Source: the human T2T-CHM13v2.0 reference genome, Homo sapiens
Assembly (NCBI RefSeq): GCF_009914755.1
Contig: NC_060932.1
Direction: 5' to 3' (one strand)
DNA: 64,000 nt
Shown here: piece after piece, positions 42,930 to 54,888 of the stretch
Layout: every line of letters starts with the position of its first letter
Numbering within the stretch: the stretch's first letter is position 1
Made by a program: the position numbers and the translations under genes
The notes under the pieces: model-generated
Told to the model about the DNA's origin: nothing
Database searches by the model: none
The model's input: the letters and a program-made list of their open reading frames with translations, nothing else

Positions 42930-45395
42930 GGATTTAAAAGAAGCCCAGTGATTCCGAGGGCTCCTGTCTACCACCACTTCTCTCCACCACAACATCTTCT
43001 CCTCCACACTGCTGACTCCCTGGGAGAGCAAATCCAAGAGCGGGCTATGACTAGACAGAGCATCCACCTCCCCTAGATGACTCCAGGACCCAGGCCATTG
43101 TTTCTCATCTCTATGCATAGCTCAGCCACCACTGCAAGCTCCAAACTCTCAGGCCACCCATCGTCACCTGGGCTCCTTCTACAACCTGGCTGTGGATGCT
43201 CCCTAACCTGACCGAGTCTGTGTCTCTTCACACACACACTCTCTGGGACTCACAGTAGGTCCTCAGCATTGCCTCCTGTATCCCTCAGCTGCTTAGCTCT
43301 TAGAGAAAAACACACAACCCTCCTTCCCGCTGTACTTTAATGTTATGACCGTAAATCTCAGATAGGCCTTCAGGACTTCCCAGTGACTCTACCAAACTTC
43401 CATAAAATGTTTACTGTCCCACTCTCAAAGATGAATCTTTCACACCTTCTCTGAGGCTAAAACTGCCATCGTTCCCCATTCCTGACTCTCTCTTAGCTGA
43501 TGACCTTGCTTCATATTTCACTGAGGACATAAACATATCCTAAAGAGATCACTATCTCTCTCCCTCTGTCTCTACTTGCCTCAGGGCTCACACACTTTGC
43601 TCTCCTTGTCACTTCCCAATGCTCCCCTTGGGCACTGAATCCCGTTGCCTCTTTTGCCTATCCCATCAGTGCCTCTCTCTATCCCATCGTTCCCATCAGA
43701 ATATAAATATCATGTCATATCCCCACCTCCCACCATTGAAAGCTCTCTCTATACCCCTCCAGCTACACCGCATCTCCTAGCTCCAGTGTATAGCAAAACC
43801 TTTCAGAAGAGTTGTCTATTTTCCCTGTTCCCACTTTTTTTATCCTTTGTTCTTTCTAGAAAGTACACAATCAGGCTTTTGGTTCCATCACTCCTCTGGA
43901 CCTGTGAGCCTCACGTGCCTTCCTCCTATCACTAAAAACCTGCTTACTGCCAAATCTAGTGTTGGCTCCCAGTCCTCCTCTAACCTGACCTCTCAGCTGC
44001 ATGTGACACAGCTGATTACTCCTGCCTTCTTGAAACATTTTCACTAGGCTTCCAGGACATCACATTCTCCTGATTTTTCTTCTCCCTGGCTACTCCTTTG
44101 CAATCTTGTTTGCTGGCTGTTTCTCCTGTTTTTCCTGACCTGACCCCCAGAGGCTCTGTTTTTTGTTTTTTTTTTAGATGGAGCCTCGCTCTGCACCCAG
44201 GCTGGAGTGCAGGCATGATCTCGGCTCACTGCAACCTCTGCCTCCCGGGTTCAAGCGATTCTCCTGCCTCAGCCTCCCAAATAGCTGGGACTAAAGGTGC
44301 AGAGGCTCTGTTCTTATCTCTCTTTACTCTCTTTATCTTTTCTCTTGTCAACCTCTCCATTCTTGTAGCTTTAAAGATGTTGATATATCCCAAGTTTATG
44401 TCTGTAGCCCGCCTCCTCTCTAAGCTCCAAATCTATGTAAAGTGTATAACTCCCTACTTGCCATCTCTACTTCCATGTCTAATGAATGTTTCTCAACACA
44501 GTGATACAAAAGAAAGGCTCATACTTCTCACTCCCTGCAGCCCCTTGCAGCCACATAACTCTTTGGTTTTGCCAGTTTTAGTGAAGTGCATTACTATTTA
44601 CTCAGCTATTCAGGCCCTAAACCTACCTATTTCTCACACCCTTGTCCACACTCATCAACTTTACCTGTAAAATAAGTGCTGAATGTGATCACGTCTTACC
44701 ACCTCTACCTGTCTCACCTGAGTCCAAGATGTCATGACCTCTCTCCCCTCGACTTCTAATAGCCTTTTAACTAGTCTCTGCTTCTGCTCTTGCCCCCAAA
44801 CAGCCAATTTTCCCCCCAACAACCAGAATGATCCTTCAAAAATATAAATGAGACTGGCCACTCACCTGCTAAACACCCTTGAATGACTTCCCACCACAAT
44901 TAGAATAATATGCAAACTTTACTTTGGCCTGAAAGACCCCATATGACTTTGGTGTTGTCTATCTCTCCAATCTCTTCTTGAACTTGACTGCCCCCTCCCT
45001 GTCTGTAGTTGAGCCATACTGGCCTCTGTGATCTTCATTGAACAGGTCAGGCTCTTTCCCATCTCTGTACTCGCTGCTCCCTCTGCCCAGGAAGCTCTTC
45101 TTCCCAGATCTTGCAAGCTTTGCTCTTCAGTCCAGTCAGGACTCTGCTCAAATATCACCTCTTTAGACAGAATTTTCCCCACTACCCACTAAAGCAGGCC
45201 CTCATTGTCTTTGTCACTTTCTAGCCTCTCATCCTGTTGATTTTTTGATAGTGCATGTTAATCTTGACATTTTAGGATACAATCATTTGCTTATGTCTAC
45301 CCTTTCCAAATACAACCGTCTCATTGGCAAGGACTTTTCTGCCCTGTTCATCCAAAGTGCCTAGAACAGATGGTCCATAAATACTTGTTGAGCGA
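42930..45395 (+). mobile_element. Long L2 remnant (ORF2 to 3' end)
   Basis: 'gctgatgaccttgcttcatatttcactgag', 'gacctctcagctgcatgtgacacagctga', 'ctaggcttccaggacatcacattctcctg', and tail 'agtgcctagaacag...ataaatacttgttgag'. Confidence 0.8.
44161..44299 (-). mobile_element. 5'-truncated AluS (right arm only)
   Basis: Perfect 13-bp TSD 'cagaggctctgtt' at 44148-44160 and 44300-44312. Confidence 0.9.
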
Positions 45396-45548
45396 GCACA
45401 CGCATGAATACGTGTGCAAAGGGGCTCAGGTAAAGAGTGTAATTTCTATAATTTCAAAGCTGTGATGTACTTCCAGGAGCAGAGTAAATAATAATGATGG
45501 GCAAGCACAATGGAAGGCCAGGTATTGGATTAAGGAGGGCCTCTCTGG

Positions 45549-45752
45549 CAGCCCTACAGGACAGACATTTCTGCAATGATAGAAATGACCTATATCTCTG
45601 CTGTCTAAAACAGTAGTCACTGGCCACGTGTGACTATGGAGCACTTGAGATGTGGTCAGTGGGACTGAGGAATTGAGGAACTGAAAGAATTTTATTTAAT
45701 TTCAATTAACATTTAAATAGCTATCCATGGCTGGTGGCTATGGTATTAGAAC
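45549..45752. mobile_element. MER3 (hAT-Charlie MITE)
   Basis: 'ttctgcaatgatagaaatg...tagtcactggccacgtgtgactatggagcacttgagatgtgg...catggctggtggcta'. Confidence 0.8.
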
Positions 45753-46939
45753 CTGAAGAATCCCTTCCCATGGCTTGTGATTGCAGGATAATTGTGTATA
45801 ACTCACTGAGTTGTCGAGGGGACTAATGAAATAAAAAGCTTAGGAAAATGTCTGGAACATAAGTGGCACAAAAAAAATAATAGTTGCTATTATTCCACAG
45901 AGTTGCAAATTAAAGTACTTTAAGTATATGCCATTTAAATTAGGCTGTAAAGCACTTGAAATGGACTTTTATTAATGTTAGGCATAATGTTTTGTTTTTT
46001 AGAGTTGGTGGATAATCGATGTTTGGGTCTGTATTTGAGCTTACAAACTAAAAATAGCACACAACCATTTTGGGATCTCATTGAAGGAGATAGATGTCTA
46101 TTCCAAGTGGATCAGCTTGCTGATACTTATAATGAGCTAATTAATTTTGACAACAGCTAATTTAGCATCTGCAAAAATTGGATTTGTAACATTATGTGTA
46201 CTGTATTATTTTCAAACAGTGTTATCTGCAACTTCCCGGATGATTTTGGATAAGAGAAGTGTTTGTTTTAATACTTATTATTAAAATAAAAAAATAAGTA
46301 TTTACTTATTGGAAATACTATGATTAATTATTTAAGGCTTAAATTGGTTTGGACATAAAATCATTTTTTTTTCTTAGTGGCTGACCATAATTCCTTCCAT
46401 ACTGAATCCAGAAAATAAAATTAGCACAGATATAGAACATAAACAGACCATTATAACAAACCCTTATGAATAACCTAATGCAATAATAAAATCACACATT
46501 TGTCCAGAATAAGCATGGTACTTATTTTCAGGCCAAGAGAATTTGCATTCTGTAGCAGAGTGAAAATGGCATTCCACAGTCAGCCTAAGCACTTGGTGGA
46601 GACTCTGAGACTAGAGAGAGCAGATGCATTTAAATTGAACACGTGCTTATAGGCATTAAGAAAAGTTGACATTCTTATTAAAGAGACCAATTAATCTGCA
46701 TCAGTTGGAAGCCACTTTACAGTCGAAAAAGTGCTCTAGGACCTAATATAAATGAGACTGGAGTAGAAAGAGAATGAAAATTCACTTTTCTACAAGGGAG
46801 CCTTTTCTAATTGCCCTAGAGCTGTGCTGTTTGAAATGCTAATCCTTCCTCTTCCATCCCGGACTGGGAGTCTGGGGTAACAGAAGCCGAGGAGGGTGAA
46901 GACCCCCAGATGCTAAAGTGAGGGGTGTTCAAGACTTAC

Positions 46940-47822
46940 CAATGGGCATGACTAAGAAAAAAGGCAGCCAGCAGAGGACGAAGCAGCCGACCACGATGCC
47001 CAGCGTTTTGGCCGCTTTCTTCTCCCGGGAGAACTTGAGGAGCCTCACTGAGAAGTGCGTCTTGGTCTTGGCGCTGGCCATCCCGCTGCCTCCTGCCGGG
47101 GCGTTTTTCCGATGGATGCGGAGCGTCACTTGCTCCGAGTCCGACTTGTCGGTCTTGAGGCCAGACTTGAGGCCCCGGCTCTCCCTCTTGGCCACCACGT
47201 AGACGCGGCAGTACATGACCAGGATGATGGCCAGAGGCAGGTAGAAGGAGCCCAGCGCTGAGAAGAGCACGTAGCCCGGCTCCTCGTTGATCTGGCAGAT
47301 GGTCTCGTCCTCGGGGGCCGGCTGCCTCCAGCCGAACAGGGGTCCAATGGATATGACCAGGGAGAGTGCCCAGACGCAGAGCAGAGCCATGAGACCCCTC
47401 CTCTGGGTGACGATGGTTGGGTAGCGCAGCGGGTAGCTCACGCCGATGTAGCGGTCGATGGAGATGATGCAGAGGCCCATGATGGACGCGGTGCAGCACA
47501 GCACATCCACTGCCGCCCAGATGTTGCAGAAGACCCTGCCGAAGGCCCAGTAGCCTAGGACCTCGAAGATGGCGGAGAAGGGCAGCACCGTGGAGGTGAG
47601 CAGGAGGTCGGCCACCGCCAGGTTGACGATGTAGTAGTGCGTGACTGAGTGCAGGTGTCGGTGACAGGCTACGGAGAGGATCACTAGGATGTTACCCAGC
47701 ACCCCGAAAAGAATGAGGCCCCCCAAGATCACCCCGAGCAGAATGGCCTTGGAAATGTTCACCGGTGCCGGCGGTTGGGTGCAGTTGGAGCTGTCGGAAG
47801 CATTTCCCGAGAGAAACACCAT
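46940..47822 (-). CDS. ADRA1A: Alpha-1A adrenergic receptor, first coding exon (N-terminus, TM1-TM6; 883 nt)
   Basis: [20 protein letters not shown]... class A aminergic GPCR with GN (TM1), LAVAD (TM2), the TM3 Asp in '[11 protein letters not shown]', DRY and CWLPFF (TM6). Strong Kozak context ACCATGG. Phase-1 donor G|GTAAGT at 46940/46939. The TM7 exon is outside the window. Confidence 0.99.
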
Positions 47823-48489
47823 GGTCCCAGCCGGGGCCGGGCGAGGTCCGGCTGTCCAGGGCCACCTCCCGGGCTGGCGCGGAGGCGGGAGCGCGGGAGC
47901 CGGGAATCAAAAGGTCTCGGCTGGAGGGAGCCCTGCCAGGTGGGTTTGGCTGGGGGTGAGAGCGCGCGCGCGGGTGGGAAACAACCCTGGCCAGCCCTGG
48001 GAACCCTCAGAAGGCCACATGAAGGGGCAGGGCATTAAAGACATGGCCAGGGGCGCGCGGGGCTGCCGGGGACCCTCTCCACCTGCCGGGCTGGCCTAGC
48101 CCGGGACCCGGACTCCCTCCCTACCCGAAGCTGGGTGCGAAGATCCAGGAGACTCCTTGCAACATGCAATTCCAGAATTACGAGAATCTGCTTTTCCGCG
48201 CTGTCTTATTCGTCCTGGCTGGGGGAAGATTCAGCATTCTGCACATGATTCGGAATTCAAAACTCCAGCGCCAGTCTCTCCCTCAAACCAAAAGATCAGC
48301 CGTCGACGCTCAAAGGCAGGGACCGATGGCATCTGGGCGCTGCTCCTGGCCCGCAGTTACCTACATTTTGAGCTGCCCCACCGAAGGCTCCTGCTCTCTC
48401 CAGCTTCTAGGAGCACAGGTCAGGGGACGTAGGTGTGGAATATGTGCTGAGACCCAGGAGGCTGCGGGGCATCGTTTGACCGCGTCCAC
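47823..48489 (-). other. ADRA1A: 5' UTR portion of the ADRA1A coding exon, with 3' splice acceptor at 48490/48489
   Basis: Minus strand 'cctttctctttgcgctctttcag|gtggac' is a clear polypyrimidine tract plus CAG, 667 nt upstream of the ATG. Confidence 0.7.
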
Positions 48490-49770
48490 CTGAAAGAGCG
48501 CAAAGAGAAAGGCGGCTTTGAGCTAGGCGCCCCAGGGAAAGAGGCTGTGCTGAGCTTGACGGGTTGGGGGACACCAGTTGGGAGCCGGGTTGGTTCTGCG
48601 GTCCAGAAGCTGCTTCGCCCGGCAGCGGTGGAGGCGACTTCGGAGCTCATCTCGCGCCCCCACCACTGGGAACCTGCCTAGCGCACTCTACTGAGTCACC
48701 TCTGCCCGAGTTCAGGATCCGAAGCGAAAAACAAACAAAAAAAACAAATCCCCAAAACCCCAGGCTCCAGCGCTCGAAGTCTGGATTTCGAGCGCAGGTA
48801 CCACGAAATTAAAATCCTCGAAGCCCCGGAGGGGCGACTGCGGCTGGCGAGTGTGTCGCACGGATCCTAGCCGGGGAATTCTGGAGGATGTACTCGGTTT
48901 CCGTTAGAACAGGTTGCCTCGCAGTCACCTGGAGGGGGCGGCCTGGGAGAGGGAACAGCTGCGACCCAGGGACCTCAGGGCCAGGACCACGAGCACGCTC
49001 ATTCTCACGCCGGTGGAATTCGCACTCGGGTGTGCAGAGCGCACCGGTCTGTCCACCAGCCAAGCTGGCTTGAGAGCCAGGTCCCGAGCGAAGCCGGGAG
49101 GGACCCGAAGACAGAAAGCGACCCAGGTCTGTCCATGACGCCTTTCCAAGCCTCACTGTTGGCCACCCGAGGGGCTCCAGCTGCCAGCCGTAGCGGGACT
49201 GGCGGGGGACGGGGTGGGGAGGACGTCCCTCTGCAGAGGGAGCTTTGCAAGCGACAGTCACTGCGGATTTTGCAGGCGTAAACATTAAGCCGGCATGCCA
49301 GCGGGCAGGGGCCGCCTTCGATTTTCTGGGCTGGGGGCCACCATCTGCGTAAGAAACCTGGGTTTCCACAACTGCGAACCTACCGCAGGGACTCGGCAGG
49401 ACAGCGCGGCGTGAGGAAGTGCCCACCTTGCCTTCTGGGGTTGGGCCCTGAGGTGGGACCTCGGGCAAAGACTCTTGTTAAAATCGCAAGTTGGAGACCT
49501 CACAGGTGGTATTAAAAACGTGCCACTGCAGAAACCCTTTTCCTCCTACCTCGAGGGTGATAAACACAGGGTTAAAAAGACACTTGTTCAGTAGAAGGCA
49601 ACTTCGCAGAAGATGTAAGGGAATCGGGGGTGGGGTAGAGGGGCCGGTATAAAACCTGGTGGAAAAAGCGGGAGGCGCTGGGAAAAGTGGGGGTTCCGTC
49701 TCACCAGACGGCGGGGGAGGTCTGCCCTCACCCACTCGGCCCTGCGGGACGCCGGCCCCGGCGCACTCAC

Positions 49771-50050
49771 CTGAAGCGCCGCTGCTGAGCCACCAGCTCG
49801 CGCGCGGGGGATGCGGACCCGGCTTCGGTCCCGGGAGCTGCCTGCCTGCTCTTCTCTGGAGGCGGAGAGGGGACCGTGTCTCCGAGGCACCAAATCCTTG
49901 TCCTTTTGCACCCGCTGACTCACCCCTCCACCACTGATGTCTTTAAGCTCCTGAACCGCTGTCACTTTACCTGCATTTTTTAAAAAGAGTCAAAATAAGA
50001 AAAGAAAAAAAAATGCAGATAACCGGTAACTCCACAATCACCCTTTTAAT
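49771..50050 (-). other. ADRA1A: Upstream non-coding exon of ADRA1A (5' end uncertain)
   Basis: Consensus donor CAG|GTGAGT at 49771/49770 inside the CpG island. The TSS cannot be fixed from sequence alone. Confidence 0.6.
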
Positions 50051-50110
50051 ATTCAGCTCCCCGACACCAGAAAAGAATAGCAAGGAACTTTGCAGCTCTC
50101 GCTGACGTAA
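50044..50110 (-). promoter_or_regulatory. Candidate core promoter motifs: TATA-like TATTAAAA (50051-50044) and CRE/ATF-like TGACGTAA (50103-50110)
   Basis: Motif matches at the upstream edge of the CpG island. Function is inferred. Confidence 0.45.
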
Positions 50111-50251
50111 CTCAGGCAGTAGCCCAGCTAGTACCGTAATCTCCTGCTGCTACCGTATTACTCTACGGCAACAGGCACAAGTGCGTATACAGCTGTAATG
50201 TTTTCCTCTGGCCTAGAGGGGGTTGGGTTCTAGCGTTTCTTTAAAAAGGTT

Positions 50252-50252
50252 T

Positions 50253-50283
<31 letters not shown>

Positions 50284-50303
50284 CGCGCGCGTGTGTGTGT
50301 GTA
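50252..50303. repeat. (TG)12(CG)8(TG)5 alternating purine-pyrimidine microsatellite
   Basis: Read directly from the sequence. Confidence 0.97.
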
Positions 50304-53300
50304 GAGTCATTTGTAGTAAATAACTTCTTTAAATGAGCTTTTAAAAATAACGAAAAATTGACACCCTTGCTAGATATTGCTGTGTGTATGGTGTGTTCAT
50401 AGGAATGTGCTATAAAGTAACTTTGAACAGCTTGATTTGATTAACATTTGGCCTAGGTTTTGTTAAGATCAAGAAGTATATTAAGAATATTGTAATTCTA
50501 AATATGCAAGTAAATTATAAGGTGTTTTAAATAGCAAGTAAAATCAGATAAAATATGACAAATCTGATTGTAATGAAATTATATTTTCAGGAAGATAAAG
50601 TGGACATATCTAAACCTTATTTAATATGATTCACTTCTAATTTCTTTAGACAGATGAATTTTAAGAGCATTATGGCCACAGAGTTTGGTATTTTTTAAAT
50701 GCCACACAATCTTTTCCAGTTTTCTTGAGAAAATGGTATCCTTTCAGGAGTGTTACTCTCTTTAATTCATTAATAGCTGGAGTATGAAAACCTAGCACCA
50801 CCAGTCTTATTACTTTTTTTCTGGTAAATTACATAATCTGTTTACCTTGTGATTGAATAAAGTCACATGTGTTTCAGAATATCGGGAACATAGAAAAATG
50901 TTTCCCACTCCAATTCCCACCTCCTAAGTCATCTTTCATCTTTATTGATGCAGACAAAGTGGAATGTTCTTATTTACTAGGTCTCCTTAAACCTAGGAAC
51001 AAGGAGATAACTTTAAGCAGTGGCACTTAAATTCTCTCCTGTGAACAAAATCATATTAATATGATTACCTTTTCTAAGTGAGATAATGTTTGGGAGGCTC
51101 TTTTATAGCAATAAATCTCAAAATGCCTCAGAGGAATGCCCATGAGAGGGTCAGTAAATCCTATGTCATGGAAGACCTAATATATGTATTTATTTCTCTA
51201 TTGTATACAAAGTCCTCCACCTCTGCCTCATACCTGTAGGGATAGAACTCACACCTAACACATTTGATTTGAATTTAATATATTTTTAAAACTGAATTTC
51301 GTGCCATAGGAGGAGCATCCTGGTTGAACAGACAGCTCCACTTCTCATTACTAAGTCACCTGCTCTCTCTGGGATTCAGTCCCCTTAGGAGGAAGCTTGA
51401 CCTCAATTCCCTGCACTTCTAGTACTTTATCATCAAATATGTGTATAATGTCTGTGCTTCCGAAATCCCATCCATCAGAGGGATATACACTGTTTTGTTT
51501 TGTATTCATTAACCTGATGCTGTGAATGCAAATTCTTCATTAAGATGTGTTCCATGGTAGATAAGGGAAGCAGTGCTATCAGCAAGCAAAGCAACTGAAA
51601 ATTGCTCAGCTCTGCAAGGTCGAAAATTGCAAAAGTCTTTGTAACTCCCAGTCCCCACTCTACAACAATTAAGAATACACATAATCCACCCCTGCACCCA
51701 CCTCCAATAATTAACTAGTTAATACTAAGATAAGGAAGAGCAGCTCTTCATGCTGCTAGCAGGTAGGTCTTTCAAATCTGCTTCTCAGCCTGTGACCATC
51801 AATCCTTGCAAAACGACCTCTCAGAACCAATTTTTCAGTCACCTACCATTGATTCACAAACAGAAAACTATCCATCTGTTGGTTACTCTTTAAAGAATAG
51901 TTGACGTGGACATCCCAGAAAGTGTCTGAGTTGTACACATGGGTAGGTGGAGTGGAGAGGAGTATGCTCTGGGGTCATAAAGATGCTATTCTGACCCTCC
52001 TATGCGACCATGGCAAAGCCTTGGTTTCCTAATTTTTAAAGGGAGACAATGAACCCCCACAAGGTTGTTATTAGTGTTGAAAGAAATTACGTTTCTCAAA
52101 AACTCAGCTCATAATATTCACTAACTCTATTATTAATCTTATTAACTCCCTTTCTGCTCATTTTGTATGCTACTTTATAGTGAAATATATTTCTAACCCA
52201 GGTAGTCCATGAACACTGGTAAATTCAGCTGGAGAATGTGCTAAGTGTCTTGAGCACTACACTTGAGCTAAGTGGTTTAATCAGAATGACCCAACATGGT
52301 TAAGTTGCAAGAGCTGGCCCTGATCACTGGCTGCTTCTTTTCTTCTCACTTTCCCCCTTGTTCTTTGTCTTGAGGGGCCATGCAAATGTGTGTGAACACC
52401 TCAGCCCCTACAGCCAGAAAGCTGCCTTCTTGGCCTCAGGCCTTGGGGTACACACATTTGTGATGTTGTCTGCCCAGAGAGAATGGACCTGAAAGTGATT
52501 GTGTGGCCATCTGGGGCAAGGGATTCTGAGTCCCAGGGCATGGTCTAGAAAGGAGGGCACAGGCTCCAGGTGGGCATATCACATTAGTCCTATGGCCAAA
52601 AGGAGTCAGAGCTGGACTCTCTAAAGCCTGAAACCCTAGCCGGGGTCCCTCTTGCCTGGCTCTGAGGGTGATACTCTGAAGACTTCCGGTGTGACAGAAA
52701 TTGAAGAATCCCCTGAAGGGGTGGTTGTGGAAAGACTCATAAAATGATATTGCTTGATGTAGGATTTGTGGAATCAGCAGGATTGAGATTTGTAGACAAA
52801 AGTGAGGAAGGTGAACCATCAGCAGCCGCATTTTAGAGTGGTGTGTCAGGGATGCTGGGGGAATGAGTCTGATTGGAGAAGAGCTGAGCAATGGACATAA
52901 ACCCATGCATTGATTGGCAGGACTTTCTTAGTGACTAGTGAGGAACTCGGCAAGTGTGGTAGGCTTAGAGGTTTAAAAAAATAAAGAATCTGTCTATCAT
53001 TCCCTTAGAAAACAATACACAATGGAATTAGGAGCTGTGTTCTGGAATTTATGATTGCAAATGACAGAGTAGAAGACTTAATGTTAGTATCTACCCCAAA
53101 GACTTGGCTTTTCAACTAATTCTCCTAAGGCTTAAGAAGTTAAAGAGGCAAGAAAATGAAAAACAATTCTCAGAAAGGTATTGATGCAGTATCAAGTCAC
53201 AGCTCTCCAAAGAAGCATTGTGTTCTAATCCTTTATCGAACTGAGAACACTGCACAGCCCACAGATACTGCTGAGGGATGTCTTTGATGAGATAGTAATT

Positions 53301-54061
53301 CTGTCTTTGCCATCATTTTTCCAAATCTTCATTGCCCTGAGAAAATAACATACTCCAAGTCTTGGGAGTCATACCACCCCATCCCTACACTGTGGGACTA
53401 TCATGGTAGGAATATGAGGTCAAGTCAGCCTATAGCTGATCAGCAAATAATTCCTTTAAAACAATAAGACTTTGCTCTCGCATAGCAAATCTAAGCTGAG
53501 GCATATTAATCAAATTTTTTCAATATCTTTGTCAATATCATCTGGAAATGGAAGTAAAAGAAAGTCAATATGTGTACCAAGTGCAGACACATTTTTATCT
53601 CATCTCTTCACTTGCTTATGGGCTGTTATAGGCACTTTAAAATGCTTATTGACTTGTATTTAATTATAAAATTTATGCTCATAATAGCACATTTGGAAAA
53701 GTCAGACAGAAATGTATGAAAATAAAAATTATCTGTAATCCTGCCACTGGAGAAATAGCTATTGTTAAATATTTGTCATATTTTCTCATTTTTTGTTAAT
53801 GTGTATAAATTATATACATGGAAAAATATATATACACATGTACATACCAGGAAATATTTTATGTACATGTATTTATTATGCATACATATATATTTCACAT
53901 ATTATACATTGTATACATTATATAAAAGAGTGTAATCATACTGTACCTATAATTATATATCTTACTTTTTCACTTATATTATATCATGAACTCATTCTAT
54001 TATTACATTTATACCAAAACATGGTTTATAAGAGCTCCACAGTGATTCTATTCTATGTATA

Positions 54062-54405
54062 TGCTATTGTCTGAATGTTTGTGTTCTCCCCAAAATTCAT
54101 ATGTTGTAGCCTAAATTCCGAGGTGATGGTATTAAGAGGTGGGGTCTTTGTAAGATGATTAGGTCACGAGGGTTCCATCCTCAGGAATGGACTTAGTGCT
54201 GTTATAATAGAGGGAGCCTCTTTGCCCTTCTGCCATGTGAGAACACACAGAAGGCGACATCTATGAAGAATGGGCGCTTGCCTAGCATCAAATCTTCTGG
54301 CACCTTGATCTTGGACTTTGCAACTTCCCGAGCAATATATTTCTTTTGTTTATAAATTATCTAGTCTAAGGTATTTTGTTATAGCAGCCTGAACAGACTA
54401 AGACA
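54062..54405 (+). mobile_element. MLT1A0-like solo LTR
   Basis: 'tgctattgtctgaatgtttgtg...ggcaccttgatcttggacttt...gcagcctgaacagactaagaca'. Confidence 0.88.
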
Positions 54406-54492
54406 CTGTATGTCATGACAAATTAAATATTTAAATATTCAGGCTTTAAAAAAAATTCTGATCTATAACTTGAACTGTGGTAAATCCTCTTA

Positions 54493-54888
54493 TTTATTTA
54501 TTATTTTACTTTAAGTTCTGGGATACATGTGCAGAATGTGCAGGTTTGTTGCATAGGTATACATGTGCCGTGGTGGTTTGCTGCACATATCAACCCCATC
54601 ATCTAGGTTTTAAGCCCCACATGCATTAGGTATTTGTCCTAATGCTTTCCCTCCCCTTGCCCCCCATCCCCTGACAGGCCCCAGTGTGTGTTGTTCCCCT
54701 CCCTGTGTCCATGTATTCTCATTGTTCAACTCCCACTTATGAGTGAGAACATGCGGTGTTTGATTTTCTGTTCCTATGTTAGTTTGCTGAGCATGATGGC
54801 TTCCAGCTTCATCCACGTCCCTGCAAAGGACATGAATTCAATTCTTTTTTATGTCTGCATCGTATTCCACGGTGTATATGTGCCACAT
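54493..54888 (-). mobile_element. L1PA8-like 3' end
   Basis: 'ctttaagttctgggatacatgtgcagaatgtgcagg...ctaggttttaagccccacatgcattagg'. TSD 'tg(g/a)taaat(c/a)ctctta' at 54478-54492 and 54889-54903. Confidence 0.92.

Larger units (their letters stand above)
46950..50170. promoter_or_regulatory. CpG island covering the ADRA1A promoter, 5' UTR and first coding exon
   Basis: Abrupt rise in GC content and CpG density (cgcgcgcg runs, GC boxes) against CpG-poor flanks. Confidence 0.92.

Noticed and set aside
44098-44670. 190-aa plus-strand ORF
   Set aside because: It is composed of L2 and antisense Alu sequence (typical '[20 protein letters not shown]' Alu peptide).
46929-47822. The 297-aa ORF as the complete receptor
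   Set aside because: It lacks TM7/NPxxY and has a consensus donor at 46940. The canonical protein is spliced to an exon outside the window; read-through is kept only as a possible minor isoform.
46918-49965. Overlapping and antisense ORFs in the CpG island (e.g. 46936-47499, 48809-49468, 47689-48099)
   Set aside because: High GC content depletes stop codons. The peptides are Pro/Arg/Gly/Ala-rich with no recognisable domain.
51709-51723. Short palindrome attaactagttaat
   Set aside because: A 14-bp AT-rich palindrome is expected by chance in 64 kb and has no supporting context.
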